From contig NC_088803.1 of NCBI RefSeq assembly GCF_011386835.1, forward strand, positions 11,532,001-11,596,000: a stretch of DNA of 64,000 bases. The letters run 5' to 3'. The DNA is from Chrysemys picta bellii. Its lineage: Eukaryota. Shown one piece after another: positions 12,640-25,642 of the stretch (positions are counted from its first letter, which is position 1; every line of letters starts with the position of its first letter). A program made the translations under genes and the position numbers. Below the pieces are notes generated by a model. It made no database searches. It saw nothing but the letters and a program-made list of their open reading frames with translations, and was not told the origin of the DNA.

Positions 12640-12877
12640 GGGCTTGTCTATACTTACCGCGCTGGTTCGGCGGCAGGCAATCGAACTCAGAAGTGCTCCC
12701 CGTCGACTCCGGTAATCCTGCTCGCCGCGAGGAGTACGCGGAGTCGACGGGGGAGCCTGCCTGCCGGGTCTGGACCGCGGTAAGTTCGAACTAAGGTACG
12801 TCGACTTCAGCTACGTTATTCACGTAGCTGAAGTTGTGTACCTTAGTTCGATTTGGGGGTTTAGTGTAGACCAAGCC
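12640..12877. mobile_element. PIF/Harbinger-type MITE, CpG-rich
   Basis: TIRs GGGCTTGTCTATACT / AGTGTAGACCAAGCC; TTA TSD at 12637-12639 and 12878-12880; internal hairpin 12786-12851. Confidence 0.8.
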
Positions 12878-13384
12878 TTAGTTAGAAGATGCATATTGTC
12901 TTAATTAAATGTAGCCTTTCCTTGCCAGTTTAAGCATGTTTCACTTAACCCAGGAACACCTGCAAGCAGTGGGGCTAGATGAGACAGGTTGCCCCCTGCA
13001 ACCATGGCCTCTCAGCCAGTCTGGTATGCCAGCCAATGCCTCGCTCCCCCCTTATTCACAGATGCACAGATTTTAAGACAAGAAGGGACCATTGTGATAA
13101 TCTGTCCTGCTGTATAACATAGGTCTTGGGACTTCCCTGAATCAATGTCTGTTTGAATTAGAGGAGACCTTTTAAAGAAACATCCAATCTTGATTTAAAA
13201 GTTGTCAGTGATGGAGAAGCCACCCCAGCCCTAGGTCAGCTGTACCAATGGATAGTTACCTTTACAGTTAAAATTTACACCTTTTTCCAGCTTGAATTTG
13301 TCTAGTTTTAACCTTTAGTCATTGGATCTTGTAACACTTTGGTCTGCTAGATAATTCCTAGAGCAGATCTTCCAGACTGTCAGC

Positions 13385-14100
13385 TGAGGGGAGATATGAT
13401 TGCTCTTTATAAATATATCAGAGGGATAAATATCAGGGAGGGAGAGGAATTATTTAAGCTTAGTACCAATGTGGACACAAGAAGAAATGGATATAAACTG
13501 GATATTAGGAAGTTTAGACTTGAAATTAGACAAAGGTTTCTAACCATTAGAGGAGTGAAGTTCTGGAACAGCCTTCCAAGGGGAGTAGTGGGGGCAAAAG
13601 ACATATCTGGCTTCAAGACTAAGCTTGATAAGTTTATGGAGGGGATGGTATGATGGGATAGCCTAATTTGGGCAATTAATTGATCTTTGATTATTAGCAG
13701 GTAAATATGCCCAATGGTCTGTGGTGGGATGTTAGATGGGGTGGGATCTGAGTTACTACAGAGAATTCTCTCCTGGGTGCTGGCTGGTGAGTCTTGCTCA
13801 CATGCTCAGGGTTTAACTGATCACCATATTTGGGGTCGGGAAACAATTTTCCTCCAGGGCAGATTGGCAAAGGCCCTGGAGATTTTTCGCCTTCCTCTGC
13901 AGCGTGGGGCATGGGTCACTTGCTGGAGGATTCTCTGCACCTTGAGGTCTTTAAACCACGATTTGAGGACTTCAATAACTCAGGCATAGGTTAGGAGTTT
14001 GTTACAGGAGTGGGTGGGTGAGATTCTGTGGCCTGCATTGTGCAGGAGGTCAGACTAGATGATCATAATGGTCCCTTCTGACCTTAAAGTCTATGAGTCT
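13385..14100 (+). mobile_element. CR1 3' end with long 3'UTR
   Basis: ORF 13396-13653 (ALYKYIRG...FWNSLPRGVV); ends gaccttaaagtctatgagtct. Confidence 0.9.
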
Positions 14101-14212
14101 TTAAGAAAATTTCTGTTCCCTGTGGAGGTCCTTATAGACTGTGATTGAGTCACCCTTTCACCTTCTCTCTGTTAAGCTAAACCAATTGAGCTCCTGCAGT
14201 CTTGCACTCTAC

Positions 14213-14373
14213 GGCCTTGTCTACACAACGAGAACTACCGAGGCACAGCTGTGGCACCGTAGCTATGCCGTGCTGATCCTGTAGTATAGATGCAGCTTGC
14301 TGCAATGGGAAGTACTTTTCCACCCCTGAGCAATGTATCTGTGTCAATCTAAACTTTAAGTATCAGTCAGGCC
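14213..14373. mobile_element. Degenerate Harbinger-like MITE
   Basis: Starts ggccttgtctacac, ends aggcc; flanks TAC / TAA. Confidence 0.5.
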
Positions 14374-15169
14374 TAAGGCAGATTTTCTAATCTTTAATCA
14401 TTCTCTTGGCTCCCTCTGAACCCGCTTCAATTTCTCCGCATCCTTCTTGAATTGTGGACACCAAAACTGGACAATTAGCAGTTGCAGCGGTGTCAAATAC
14501 AGATTATATTCGCCCTTCTCCCACTTGAGATTCTCCTGCTTATACAACTGAGGATCAGATCAACCCTTTGGTCACAGGCCATCCTTTTATCCACTACAAA
14601 ACTCAAAGCTCCTGCCAGCAGATCCCATGTAGATTTGGAGAATGGCCCCTTGCTCCTCCCGACTGGTTGCTTGACATTGGCTTGAAAGAGGAGATAGGTA
14701 GCCTTCCAGTATATGCTCATATACTACACTCCCCCATACCCTGTAATACTTTAGCTCTATCCCTTATCTTTTCTCATTGTACTAAAAGCCCCATCTGGTT
14801 GTGGGAAATGCAACACACAGTGTCTTTGTTCACTGTTTACACATATTAGTAAGGATCCCTTTGTTCACCTATATTAGTATAAGATATAAGAGTATCAAAA
14901 AAGTCAAACCAAAAATTCTATCTCAGGCTGACAAACAAGCCTATATACTAACACAATGTAGTAGCAATCTGGGATTGGATGCTCACCTCTAACCACAGGA
15001 TAGCTCAAACTTGACTCAATGAGCTATTATTTCTCAGGGTTTGGTGTCCATCACTCTGGTTCCATGGCTAAGATTCTTGTCAATCCTCATTCTTCAGGAA
15101 CTTGATTTTCTCAGTAAAGAGACCTGCATCTCTCTGAAGGAACAAGTATATTTGGAAATATACTTCTCC

Positions 15170-15620
15170 CTCTCTATTGACAAAGAACAGTTTTGTGTTA
15201 TCTGGTGATGCCTTCACACTTTTTAAATAAGACCCCACTGTAACCTAGCTCCCTGTTGATTAATTTTAGGCTTCCAAAGCTTTGTTGCTAACAATGCCCA
15301 GTGTGATTTATTTAAGATATATTTATTTATTTATTTAAGTCAAATAATCCCAATGGGAAACATTTCAGATAATGATGAAATGCTAGTTTGCATTTTTTTG
15401 GAAGACACTTGTCCCAGGTGATGAGTTGTTACAGTGCACTATCCCTTTATTAATGTTCAATAATCTCGGCCATCTAGTGGGCATTTCAGAACACAGCTAC
15501 TCATTTCTCTTCTAGTGGACATTTTGCCGTATAATTGCCCCTTTCTCATTATTTTATCTTCTACTGAAATCTGTTGGTCAATATTCAATATGGCGGACTC
15601 TTTCTCATGTCTTTCACTCT
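15170..15620 (-). promoter_or_regulatory. Conserved non-coding block ~8 kb upstream of OR 6243-7202 (candidate promoter/5' exon)
   Basis: Aligns by eye with 26400-26760; TAATGA at 15370; palindromic TCCCAATGGGA at 15348. Confidence 0.5.
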
Positions 15621-15733
15621 GCTGCAACCTAGTGTAGATTATGCAGCATAACAGCATCCATCTTTACCCTCTGCTCTCCTCTCTAGTGCTTATTTTTTGC
15701 TATATTGGTCTCTTTCCTACCCTAGGCTACCTT

Positions 15734-15747
15734 CTGCCACCTGGTGG
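15734..15747 (-). promoter_or_regulatory. CTCF consensus motif
   Basis: Reverse complement CCACCAGGTGGCAG matches the CTCF core CCASYAGRKGGCRS. Confidence 0.5.
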
Positions 15748-15929
15748 TCAATGAGCAGTATAACAGCTCAGTTCCCACCCCTAACATGCTGCTATCCAGC
15801 GGGCAATGCATAGCATGGCGGTCCATGTCTTTCCTGGCCACTTACACTGATGCCCTCTAGTCTCTGTTGTAAAGCTTTATTTCTCTTGTTACTTTCCTCT
15901 GACGACCATTTGACAGTGTAACTTCCTCT

Positions 15930-16480
15930 TTCTTGCCTCTTCCTGTATTAGTAAACAGTGAACATTCAACTATCCATCCAGATATAGCCACGGCCAGAGA
16001 ACTTAAATGTGCCGAAGACTACCCAGAACTTCCTATCCAGCAGGTAATGTATAACATACCCCAACAAGGCCTGAAATCACAAGAAACACTATGGAGCACA
16101 CGTGACCACCTCACGTCTCTGGATCTGGTCAAGGAATGGCAAACTGTCTGGACCTTATCTACCCTTCCAAGTAATTACTGACTTAACAAGCCACTCTCTT
16201 GGTTTCAACCTGCCATGAAGACTTTGGACAACATTGACCTGCATCTGATCAAACCATAAATGATGTGGCTACTTGATGCACAAGTGGGAAATTAAAGACA
16301 CACCTATGTGCAACTGCAGTGAGACCCTCCAAACCATTGACCATACCATAACATAGTGCCCCAAATACAGATTCCCAGGTGAATTGGGTGATCTCCACAA
16401 CTTCATGGAGAAGGTCTTGAAATGGCTTCTGGACCTCCACCTCCATCTGTAGAATGTTGCTTTGCAGATGCCATATGTGC
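15930..16480 (+). mobile_element. RTE-X-like LINE 3' fragment
   Basis: LPVLVN..DIATARELK...GFNLP..MHKWEIKDTPMCNCSETLQTIDHTI..CPKYRFPG..KWLLDL; ends gccatatg. Confidence 0.65.
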
Positions 16481-17869
16481 TTGAGGGAGAGACCTCTCTT
16501 GCAACTGCCTTCTGATGGTCATTTGGCAGTGTAGCTTCATCTTTCTTGCCCTTCCATTTCAGCTGCTATCCACTGGCCATTGTACATCACTGCCACACCT
16601 TTCCCAATCCTGACACAGGTCTGCCCACTAGTGGTCTTAAAAAGCACATCTGCACCTTTCTCAAGTCTTCTCTTCTGTTGGATATGCTCTATTCTGAATG
16701 ATAGCCACTGGGAACTAAATCACACAACAGCACGATTACAGCAATAGTGAGTATCATAGCTGGTACAACAGCAATTGCTCTTGGTCGTTGAGCAGTGGGT
16801 TTCCCCTCAATCCAATGCATTTCCATGGTACTGGCTAAATGTAGGCTACTTTGAGTGACCCCCCAGTGGGCAGACAGACTGAGATAGTCAATTGGATCTA
16901 AGGGAGTTAGTACCCAAACTCCCATAGGCCCCTAGGATAATCCCATTCCCAATGTTCAGGCCCCACAATTCTTCTCACTGGTGGCCAGTTTCTCTGCCCA
17001 GGCCATGCCCTGATATGTCCCAGTGACTGAGCCAGTGCTGCCGTGTTTGGCATCACAGGAGTTCTGCGTGTTGGGAGGTGGTAGCCACTTCCTCTAGCCA
17101 CACCTTGCCTCACTCCAGAGGAGAAGGCTGCATGGAGCAGTAGAGCTATTCACAGCACCCGGGAAGGACTGGAGACCGTGCACTGAGAACTAACCCTCAC
17201 CGGCTTTGCACTTGTGGCAACCATTTTTGGGAACATTCATTGTACCAGCTCCCTCCCTTTGAATTGCTCTGTACAGCTGGCATCAGCAAAGCGGCTTGTG
17301 CCCAGCAGCATCACCTGCTGAGTCCCTTCTCGGTGACCATTGGACATGCCCAGCCACAGGAACAGCCTCGGTTCTATGTGGTAGTGTCCCAGCAAAACCC
17401 CAGCTGGATCTGGACTGTCTCCATTGACCTGTGATCTGAGTCTGCGTCTTTGTGTTTGCCCAACCTCCCCACAACCCTGGGCCCAGTGAGCCTTCTTCTC
17501 TTGCCTCTCCTGAATGGTTACAGCTGGGCTTAGCTCAGGTGACAGTGATAACAGTGCTTCCGGATGAAGTGTGCAGGCTGGCTGTTTGCATCTGCCATCT
17601 GTGAATGCAATGAAGGGTCGTGATTTGGTGGGGGGCATGTGGCATAGATGGTGAAAGGCTCAGGTTCAGGTGTGGGAGATTTCTCCTGCTTATGTCCCTA
17701 CATAAGGTCCAAACATATTTGTGTCTATTAAACATGGCTTTTGTGTTACCTAAACAATTTTTGGTGGACAATTTTGGTCAGCGTTTTACTTTCTTCTCTT
17801 TTTTCAGTGAAATTAATGATGATTTTTGTCTGCTGTTCTCAAAAACTAGAAAAAAAATCTGTTTTTTCT

Positions 17870-18235
17870 TATCCTCCCTTTCCCCATTCCTCCCTTCTTT
17901 TCCAGTTTTAAAAAAAAAAAGAAACAGGAAAAATCCAATTTTGTTTAATTGAAAAACTGAACAAATTCCATGAAAAATATCCCAAATAGATAATTTAATT
18001 TGAAATTTTTTCATGTAAAATCCATTGCAATTTTTATTAGCTCAACTGTAGCCATTTGAATATCTCTTCATGGTCAATTTTTTGCCAGCTATTCTTCCCA
18101 TCTGGTAATTCTGTTATTTTTTTAATCCTTCCCTTTTTCCTTTCCACTTAAAAAAACCCAGAAAGGAAACAAGAAAAATCCATTGTTGTTTCATTGAAAA
18201 ATTGAAAAAAAAAGTCCATGAAAAGTATCCCAAAT
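17870..18235. repeat. Local direct duplication (~250-bp offset) within an AT-rich repeat
   Basis: gaaac(a)ggaaaaatcc..ttgaaaa..tccatgaaaa.tatcccaaat at ~17920-17985 and ~18165-18233. Confidence 0.6.
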
Positions 18236-18290
18236 CATAGAATCGTAGAATCATAGAATATCAGGGTTGGAAGGGACTTCATGGAATACT
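18236..18290 (-). mobile_element. CR1 3' tail fragment
   Basis: catagaatcgtagaatcatagaatatcagggttggaaggg. Confidence 0.8.
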
Positions 18291-19208
18291 TTCAAAAGCC
18301 ATACAACATAAGATTTACAGGTCCACGGTTAATGAAAATACAGCCCGTTGTGTTAATCACTTTTATTTAATATTAGGAATCTGCTAACATAGAGAAATAT
18401 TAAAATACGACTGGTAAAATGCACAGAAATTATCCTTTGCTGTTAAGCATCCCTGACTTAGCACCTATCCCTTTATATCAACTTGGCTTGAAACATTCTC
18501 AGAATTTAACAACTATCTCTACCACTATCTGAATTTACCACCACTACCAAGAAAAAAAAATAGACTGTAAATATGAGGCTCAAAACATAAACAGTTTGAA
18601 AAATAGTAAAGAGTGTCTGGTGAAAGTTTTGGAATAAGTTTCATTTTGCAGCTTTCAGAAAGAAGGGATTTTTCATGTATTTGAAACATTTTGGACTTTT
18701 TTTTTAACATTTGGTGTTTTGTCACTGTTTTTTGTTTGTTTCTCTGCCTTGTTCTCCTCTTATTCTCCCTGCTTCCTCATCCCTTAATTCTTTTTTTTTT
18801 ATGTTACCACTGGAAATTAGGGAAAAAGAGGTGAAAAATGGGGGAGTGGAAGGCAAAGAAAAAGCAAACACTGATATAAAAAAAGCCCAAACTTGAAAAC
18901 ATACACACTTTAATTTTGGGGTGTCATGAACATATTGGAAAAATAATAAATTATAAAATTTCTGTTTCAAAAAGAAAATTTTCCATGGGATGTGGGGGTA
19001 GGCATTCAATACCTGCTCTGCCAAAAAGAGAATGCATGTCAGAAATTCTCAGTGTGTCATCACTTTAGTAACTCCTCTTTCATTTGGCCTAAGATAGAGA
19101 TGAAATAATATGAAATCCAGCCCCACTGAAGCCAAGGAGGGTATTTATCATTGACATCAATAAGTCTAAGATTTCATTTCATGGACTTTGTGCCTATAAC
19201 TCAGTAAA

Positions 19209-20216
19209 TCAACTCAGGTCATCTCGGTTTGTTTTCAACCTAAAAGAACTGGCTAGGGATGTCTGAGTTCTTGAGAAAGCCACACATTTATGGATCATTC
19301 TGCTCAGGGCCTCCTTGACCTCCTTGTTTCTCAGGCTGTAAATGAGGGGGTTGATCAGCGGGGTCAGGACAGAATAGAAGACAGAGAACACTTTGTTCAG
19401 GTCTCTCAACGTGTCAGATTTCGGTAGCATGTAGACAATAATGATAGTCCCATAGAACGTCGTCACCACGATGAGGTGCGAGGAGCAGGTGGAAAAGGCC
19501 TTTTGTCTGCCGCCGGTGGAAGGGATTCTCAGGATGGTGACGATGATATAAACATAAGACAACAGAGTTAACAGAAACGGGAAGAGTGTGCAAAGAGATG
19601 CCAGGAGCAAATCCAACACCAAGATCAGGTTGGTGTCACTGCAGGCCAGTTTTATTATTGGGGTGAAGTCACAGAAGAAATGGTCAATTTCATTGGGGCT
19701 GCAGAAGGTTAGCTGTGACATCAAGCATGATATGATGAGAGTGGCCAGACAGCCGCTTAGCCAAGATCCAGCTGCTAGCTGGAGGCAGAGCCGACCGTTC
19801 ATAAGGGCTGCGTAGTGCAGGGGTTTGCATATTGCTAAATACCGGTCATAAGACATCGCGGACAAGAGACAACATTCTGTAGCTGCCAGTGAAGCAAAAA
19901 AATAAAATTGTGCAATACACCTAGGGACAGAAATGGTCCTGTCCCTAGTCAAGAGACTGGCCAGCATCCTGGGCAGGATGGCTGAGCTGTAGCAGGTCTC
20001 CAAGCAGGACAAGTTCCCCAGGAAGAAGTACATGGGGGTGTGAAGGTGCTGATCAGCCACAAGTAGCACAACAATGAGGATGTTCCCAGCCATGGTCACA
20101 ACATAGATCACTAGGAACAAAGGGAAGAGAAGGATCTGTAGTTCAGGGACCTTCCCAAATCCCAGGAGGACAAATTCCGTGATGGACGTTTTATTTCTCC
20201 AGCCTGTGTCTGCCAT
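19209..20216 (-). CDS. Olfactory receptor, OR11-like; intact, 335 aa (start MADTGWRNKTS)
   Basis: All canonical OR motifs; close paralog of 6243-7202; likely ATG at 20216, downstream of a candidate acceptor near 20247. Confidence 0.96.
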   Translation of the reverse strand: MADTGWRNKTSITEFVLLGFGKVPELQILLFPLFLVIYVVTMAGNILIVVLLVADQHLHTPMYFFLGNLSCLETCYSSAILPRMLASLLTRDRTISVPRCIAQFYFFASLAATECCLLSAMSYDRYLAICKPLHYAALMNGRLCLQLAAGSWLSGCLATLIISCLMSQLTFCSPNEIDHFFCDFTPIIKLACSDTNLILVLDLLLASLCTLFPFLLTLLSYVYIIVTILRIPSTGGRQKAFSTCSSHLIVVTTFYGTIIIVYMLPKSDTLRDLNKVFSVFYSVLTPLINPLIYSLRNKEVKEALSRMIHKCVAFSRTQTSLASSFRLKTNRDDLS

Positions 20217-20322
20217 GGGGTGAACGTAGAGACAATTAAAAAAACCCTGTAGTATAATCACAAGAACAAAGTTAAAACAGGACTCAAGTGTTGGCAATTA
20301 ATCCTATAAATGTTCAAAAATT

Positions 20323-20417
20323 CATAGAATCATAGAATATCAGGGTTGGAAAGGCCTCAGGAGGTCATCTAGTCCAACGCCCTGCTCAAAGCAGGACCAA
20401 TCCCCAACTAAATCATC
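20323..20417 (-). mobile_element. CR1 3' tail fragment
   Basis: Matches CR1 terminus at 9227. Confidence 0.85.
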
Positions 20418-21139
20418 TACCACTCATTGTTACCAGTCCATCTTTTGAATCCAAATCACAGAGGTAAATGCTGGCTATCTCATGGCTAGAAACCAGACCT
20501 TTATTACCACCCCTATCTTATCAGATCATGAATCAATGTAACAGCAGTCCATTTATCTGGTGGCTCAAGTACAGACATGGCAGCTTAGACCATTTATTGA
20601 TCATATCCCATTTATCCTGCCATACTGGAGAAGGGCAATAATAGTTCAAGCCTGAATATGCACTTCACTCAGTGAGTGGAATGTGATGGGCTAGGGAAAG
20701 AACAAAAGCAAAGAATATTAAACAGTAAAGACCAATTTTTTTACGGTATTTAGGCTCCTAACACCTATTGAAATCAATAGACGTTAGGTGTCTAAATACC
20801 TTTAAAAATCTGACTGTAAGTGACTCTCAACTTGAAGAACAGCAGAGGTACTTTGCTATAATACCCAATAAGATGAAGATTTTCAAAAGAACCTAAGGGA
20901 GTTGGGTACCAAATTTCCCATGACTATAATGCAATTTGAGCTCCTAACTCACTTAGGCACCTTTGAGAGCTCATCTTAAACATGAAGAATGAACTTTCCT
21001 ATGTAATCTAGTGGATTTAGACCATTTCTTCCTTGGAATGAATGGAAATTAATATCTGCCTATGGCTTTTTGGTCAATATGTCACTGTTCTTTCTGGAAA
21101 GAGTTAATTCCATCCATACTCTCACTAGAGATCATCTTA

Positions 21140-22380
21140 ACATAGAATCATAGAATCATAGGACTGGAAGGACCTTGAGAGGTCATCTAGTCCAGTCCGC
21201 TGCATTCATGGCAGGACTAAGTATTATCTACATAAGAACGGCCATACTGAGTCAGACCAAAGGTCCATCTAGCCCAGTATCCTGTCTTTCAACAGTGACC
21301 AATGCCAGGTGCCCAAGAAGGAATGAACAGAACAGGTAATCATCAAGTGATCCATGCCCTGTCGCTCATTTCCAGGTTCTGGCAAACAGAGGCTAATAGC
21401 CATAAACAGAGCCATAAATCTAGACCATCCCTGACAGCTGTTTGTCTAATCTGCTCTTAAAATCTCCAATGATGGAGATTCCACAACCTCCCTGGGCAAT
21501 TTATTCCAGTGCTTAACCACGATGACAGTTAGGAAGTTTTTCCTAATGTCCAACCTAAACTGCCCTTGCTGCAATTTAAGCCCATCGCTTCCTGTGCTAT
21601 CCTCAGAGGTTAAGGGGAACAATTTTTCTCCCTCCTCATAACAACCTTGTATGAACTTGAAAAATGTTATCATGTCTGTTATCATGACTTACGAGGAGAG
21701 GCTGAGGGAACTGGGGTTATTTAGTCTCCAGAAGAGAAGAGTGAGGGGTGATTTGATAGCAGCTTTCAATTACCTGAAAGGAGGTTCCAAAAAGGATGGA
21801 TTTAGGCTGTTCTCAGTGGTGGCAGGTGACAGAACAAGAAGCAATGGTCTCAAGTTGCAGTTGGGGAGGTCTAGGTTGGATATTAGGAAACACTATTTCA
21901 TTTGGAGGGTGGTGAAGCACTGGAATGGGTTATCTAGGGAGGTGGTGGAATCTTCATCCTTAGAGGCTTTAAAGGCCCAGCTTGACAAAGCCCTAACTGG
22001 GATGATTTAGTTGGTGTTGGTCCTGCTTTGAGTAGGGGATTGGACTAGATGACCTCCTGAGGTCTCTTCCAACCCTAATATTCTGATTCTGTGATTCTAT
22101 TTCCCCTCTCAGTCTTCTCTTCTCCAGATTACGGAAACCCAATTTTTTCAATCTTCCCTCATAGGTCATGTTTTCTAGACCTTTAATCATTTTTGTTGCT
22201 CTTCTCTGGACTTTTTCCAGTTTGTCCACATCTTTCCTGAAATGTGGCACCCAGAACTGGCCACAATACTCCAACTAAGGCCTAATCAGCGTGGAGTAGA
22301 GTGGAAGAATTACTTCTCGTGTCTTGCTTGCAACACTCCTGCTAATACATCCCAGAATGATGTTGAGTTTTTTTGCAACA
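21140..22380. mobile_element. Nested CR1 cluster (minus-strand host; minus 3'-end insert ~21230-21395; plus-strand insert ~21683-22097)
   Basis: ORFs 21446-21685 (-), 21651-22010 (+), 21993-22274 (-); three distinct CR1 tails. Confidence 0.85.
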
Positions 22381-22809
22381 TGGTTAAATAATGAAGTCAG
22401 AGAAAGTGTTTGTAATGTCCTAGCTAAAAAATCAGGTGAAGAATGATTCCCTCACACACTCACAACCATCTTTAGCTTTATTTGAGGGAATGTTTCTGAT
22501 GTGTCAACTCTAAACTGAAGGAATAAATATGGCTATTTCCCCTCCTCCCCCAATTTTGGCCATGGGCAAAATTGGGCTCATTTAATACTTCAACTCTGGA
22601 GTGTCAGTCACTGTTTCAGAATCAGCATCAGCTGCTAAGATACAGACATGAAGACGACTATGCGAAGGAGATATACTGCCCCTAACATCACAGCAGCAGA
22701 GATACTACAGATTTGTTACACTATGGCTTTGATCTAGAAAAACAATGTAAGTTTGGGCTTCACTTTCATCATGCGAAAGGTGTAAATGCTTTGCTAGTGA
22801 TACTCTTCA

Positions 22810-23400
22810 GTAGAGTTTAAGGCCAGAAGGGACCACTGTGATCGTGCAGTCTGACTTCCTGCATAAAACAGGCCAGAGAACTTCCCACAAATAATTCCTA
22901 GAGCAAAGCTTTTAGAAAAAACATCCCGTCTTGTTTTTAAAATTGTCAGTGATGGAGAATCAACCACAACCCTGGGTAAATTTTCCAGTGGTTAATTACT
23001 CTCACAGTTGTAAATGTGTGTCTTAATTTCTAGTCTAAATTTGTCTATCTTTAATTTCCAGCCATTGGATCATGTTAGACCGTTCGCTGCTAGATTATAG
23101 AGACCTTTATCAAATATTTGTTCCCCACATTGCTCCTTAAAGATTGTAATCAAGTCACCTCTTGACTTTCTCTTTGCTAAGCTAAATAGAGTAAGCTTTT
23201 TGGGTCTCTCGCTATAAAGCAGGTTTTCTAATCCTTTAACCGTTCTTCTGGCTCTTCTCTGAACTGTCTCCAATTTGTCAACATCCTTCTTGAATTATGG
23301 GCACCGGAACTGGACCCAGGATTCCAGGAGCAGTTGCACCAGTGCCAAATACAGAGCTATAATAACTTCCCTACTTCTACTCGAGATTCCCTGTTTAGTT
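22810..23400 (-). mobile_element. Old CR1 3' fragment
   Basis: ORFs 23070-23273 and 23295-23498 (IALYLALVQLLLESWVQF). Confidence 0.85.
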
Positions 23401-24843
23401 GATTCCATCAGTTTTATGGAAATCGATTTAAAAGCTGACATAATTAAGCCACTTATGGACACGTCTCTGTTTAAAACTGTTATTGGTCTGGTTTGCATCT
23501 ATAAGTACCAACGCCAGCTAAACAGATATAAGCCAGGGTTTAAATTGAGTTAAGAGTGTCTGTAGTGCACAGGCTGTCTTGTCAAGGAAAATTGGTTGAG
23601 TTTAGGTTATTGTGAACTAACACGTGCTAGCCAAACCTGACCGGAATGTATTGTTTTTTTCCTGGCATAGATGCAAGCTAAAACATTTAGCTCAAAATTG
23701 CTCTTGTCATATTCTAGCCTAGGCATGGCATGTGTTCAGGAGAAAGCAATAGAGCGTATGTCTGTTAAACCCATCTGCTTTCCCTATTCAATGCAAACAG
23801 GGGTTTTGCACCAATTTAATTAAATTGATTTTAATTCACACCTGGCACTAAATCACTGCAACTTTGTGGGTAGAACAGACCTTAATGAGTCAGATTTTTA
23901 AAGGTATTTAAAATTATATCAATGGGTGATAGGCATCTAAATGCTTTTGAAAATCCCACTGGGTTCCTATTGCCTTTAAAAATCTGGCCTGGTGTTGTTA
24001 GTTCTTTCAGGCTGCAATTTCTTAGTGCTTAGTTATTTAGACCTGTGCAGAGAATTCAGATCTACTGAGTCAGAATTCCCCAGGCTCTTGCTCTGGCGGA
24101 AGGCTTTTCTGAACTCCCTCAGTAAAAGCAAGAACAGCTCAATAAAGCAGATGGTATTGGAAGATTAAGCTTTTCACTATCTATTGCATGTTGTTTAATG
24201 GCAAAATAAGGTGTGACATGGGCATCAAATCAAATCAAATTAAAAAAAAAGGAAGACATCTATAATAGTATTCCAGGCTCCACCATGAACTTTTGATCAA
24301 TATCTTCACTTTAAAGCTTGATAATAACAATAACAGGCAGCTGAACTAAAATTGCTAATGTCCCTAAATCTCTTACTGAGAATGTGTTTTATCAATGCAG
24401 TGTCAGGGTAGGGATCATGATTACCTTGAAGCCAATATCAGCTGAGGTTTTTCTCTCTTGCTGTTCCTCAAAAAGTCGGATTCTGGTAGTAAAGATACTT
24501 GTGTATTCCTGACGGGATGAGCAGGCGCTGCAATCTTGTGCCAAAGATACTCTCTTTACAAGGTGCAGAATGCCTTCTTGTATTTGTACCCTTGACTGAA
24601 GATAGTGGTGCCTCCCTTGAGTCTACATCTGAAGGGAACTTGCAATGCTGGAGTCTGGGGAGCTACTGCTCTGTTTTCTGTGCAAACAAGACAAACAATG
24701 ATCCTGATGCAACCAGCCTCCCATACTCAGAGAACACCTGACATCTGCTGCCTGATGTACATGATGATTGCTTTGTATGAACATGAGTCAGGCCTGAAGA
24801 ATCAGGTGCTCAGGGCTTCACAGTGTAATCAACACATAGTAAG

Positions 24844-25642
24844 TGTGACAAAGTTCCTCCACTGCCTTGATGGGTCCTGCGCTCTCTGGTGGATTTGCTC
24901 GTCTCAGAGGTTCACGGCAGCCCTCAGTTTGGCCGCTTCTGCTAGAGGCTCAAACCTGCCGTTCACTCAGCTAACCTCATCACTGGCCAGCATGGGGGAA
25001 ACGGAGAACAATCCCCACAGTCTCTGTGTCCCACCTAAAGAGTGGGGGACAGGCCAGATCCTTTCCCAAAATTAGACCTTCCCTTCTGGTGTTTCTCACA
25101 GACCAGGTCAACTCCTCCTGAGTCCGATCAGGAGTTGGGGGAATAGGGGGAACCCGGGCTTGCTCTCTATACCGGGTTCCAGCCCAGGGCCCTGTGGATA
25201 GCAGCTGTCTACAATGTCTCGTGTATCAGTTGCGTGACAGCTACAACTCTCTGGGCTACTTCCCCATGGCCTTCCCCCAGCACCTTCTTTATCCTCATCT
25301 CAGGATCTTCCTTCTGAAGTCTGATCATGCTTGTACTCTTCAGTCCTCCAGCAGCACGCCTTCTCACTCCCTGCTCCTTGCACGCCCCCCACTAACTGAC
25401 AGGAGGTCCTTTTTAAACCAGGTGTCCTGAAGAGCCTGCCTGCCATAATTGATTCTAGTAAGTTCTAATTGGCTCCAGGTGTCTTAATTGGCTTGCCTGT
25501 CTTAATTGGTTCTAGCAGGTTCCTGATTGCTCTAGGGCAGCCCCTGCTCTGGTCACTCAGGGAACAGAAAACTATTCATCCAGTGGCCAGTATATATGCC
25601 TTCTACCAGACTCCTGTACCCCACTGGTCTGAGTCGGTCACA
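24844..25642. mobile_element. Solo LTR (Gypsy/ERV1-like), 799 bp
   Basis: TGTGAC...GTCACA termini; perfect 4-bp TSD TAAG. Confidence 0.9.

Larger units (their letters stand above)
13060..14600 (-). mobile_element. Old CR1, interrupted by a + strand CR1 and a MITE
   Basis: CR1 3' sequence at 13060-13360 resumes at 14100-14210 and 14377-14600. Confidence 0.7.

Noticed and set aside
20217-20297. 27-aa N-terminal extension of the OR (and the similar ones at 47611, 57714, 62804)
   Set aside because: These run through intronic pyrimidine tracts and acceptors. With the candidate upstream exons, nearby ATGs stop early (e.g. ATG AAG|GAA TAA), so the downstream ATG is the likely start.
24499-25075. 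156-aa ORF
   Set aside because: Runs into a solo LTR; no motifs or exon support.
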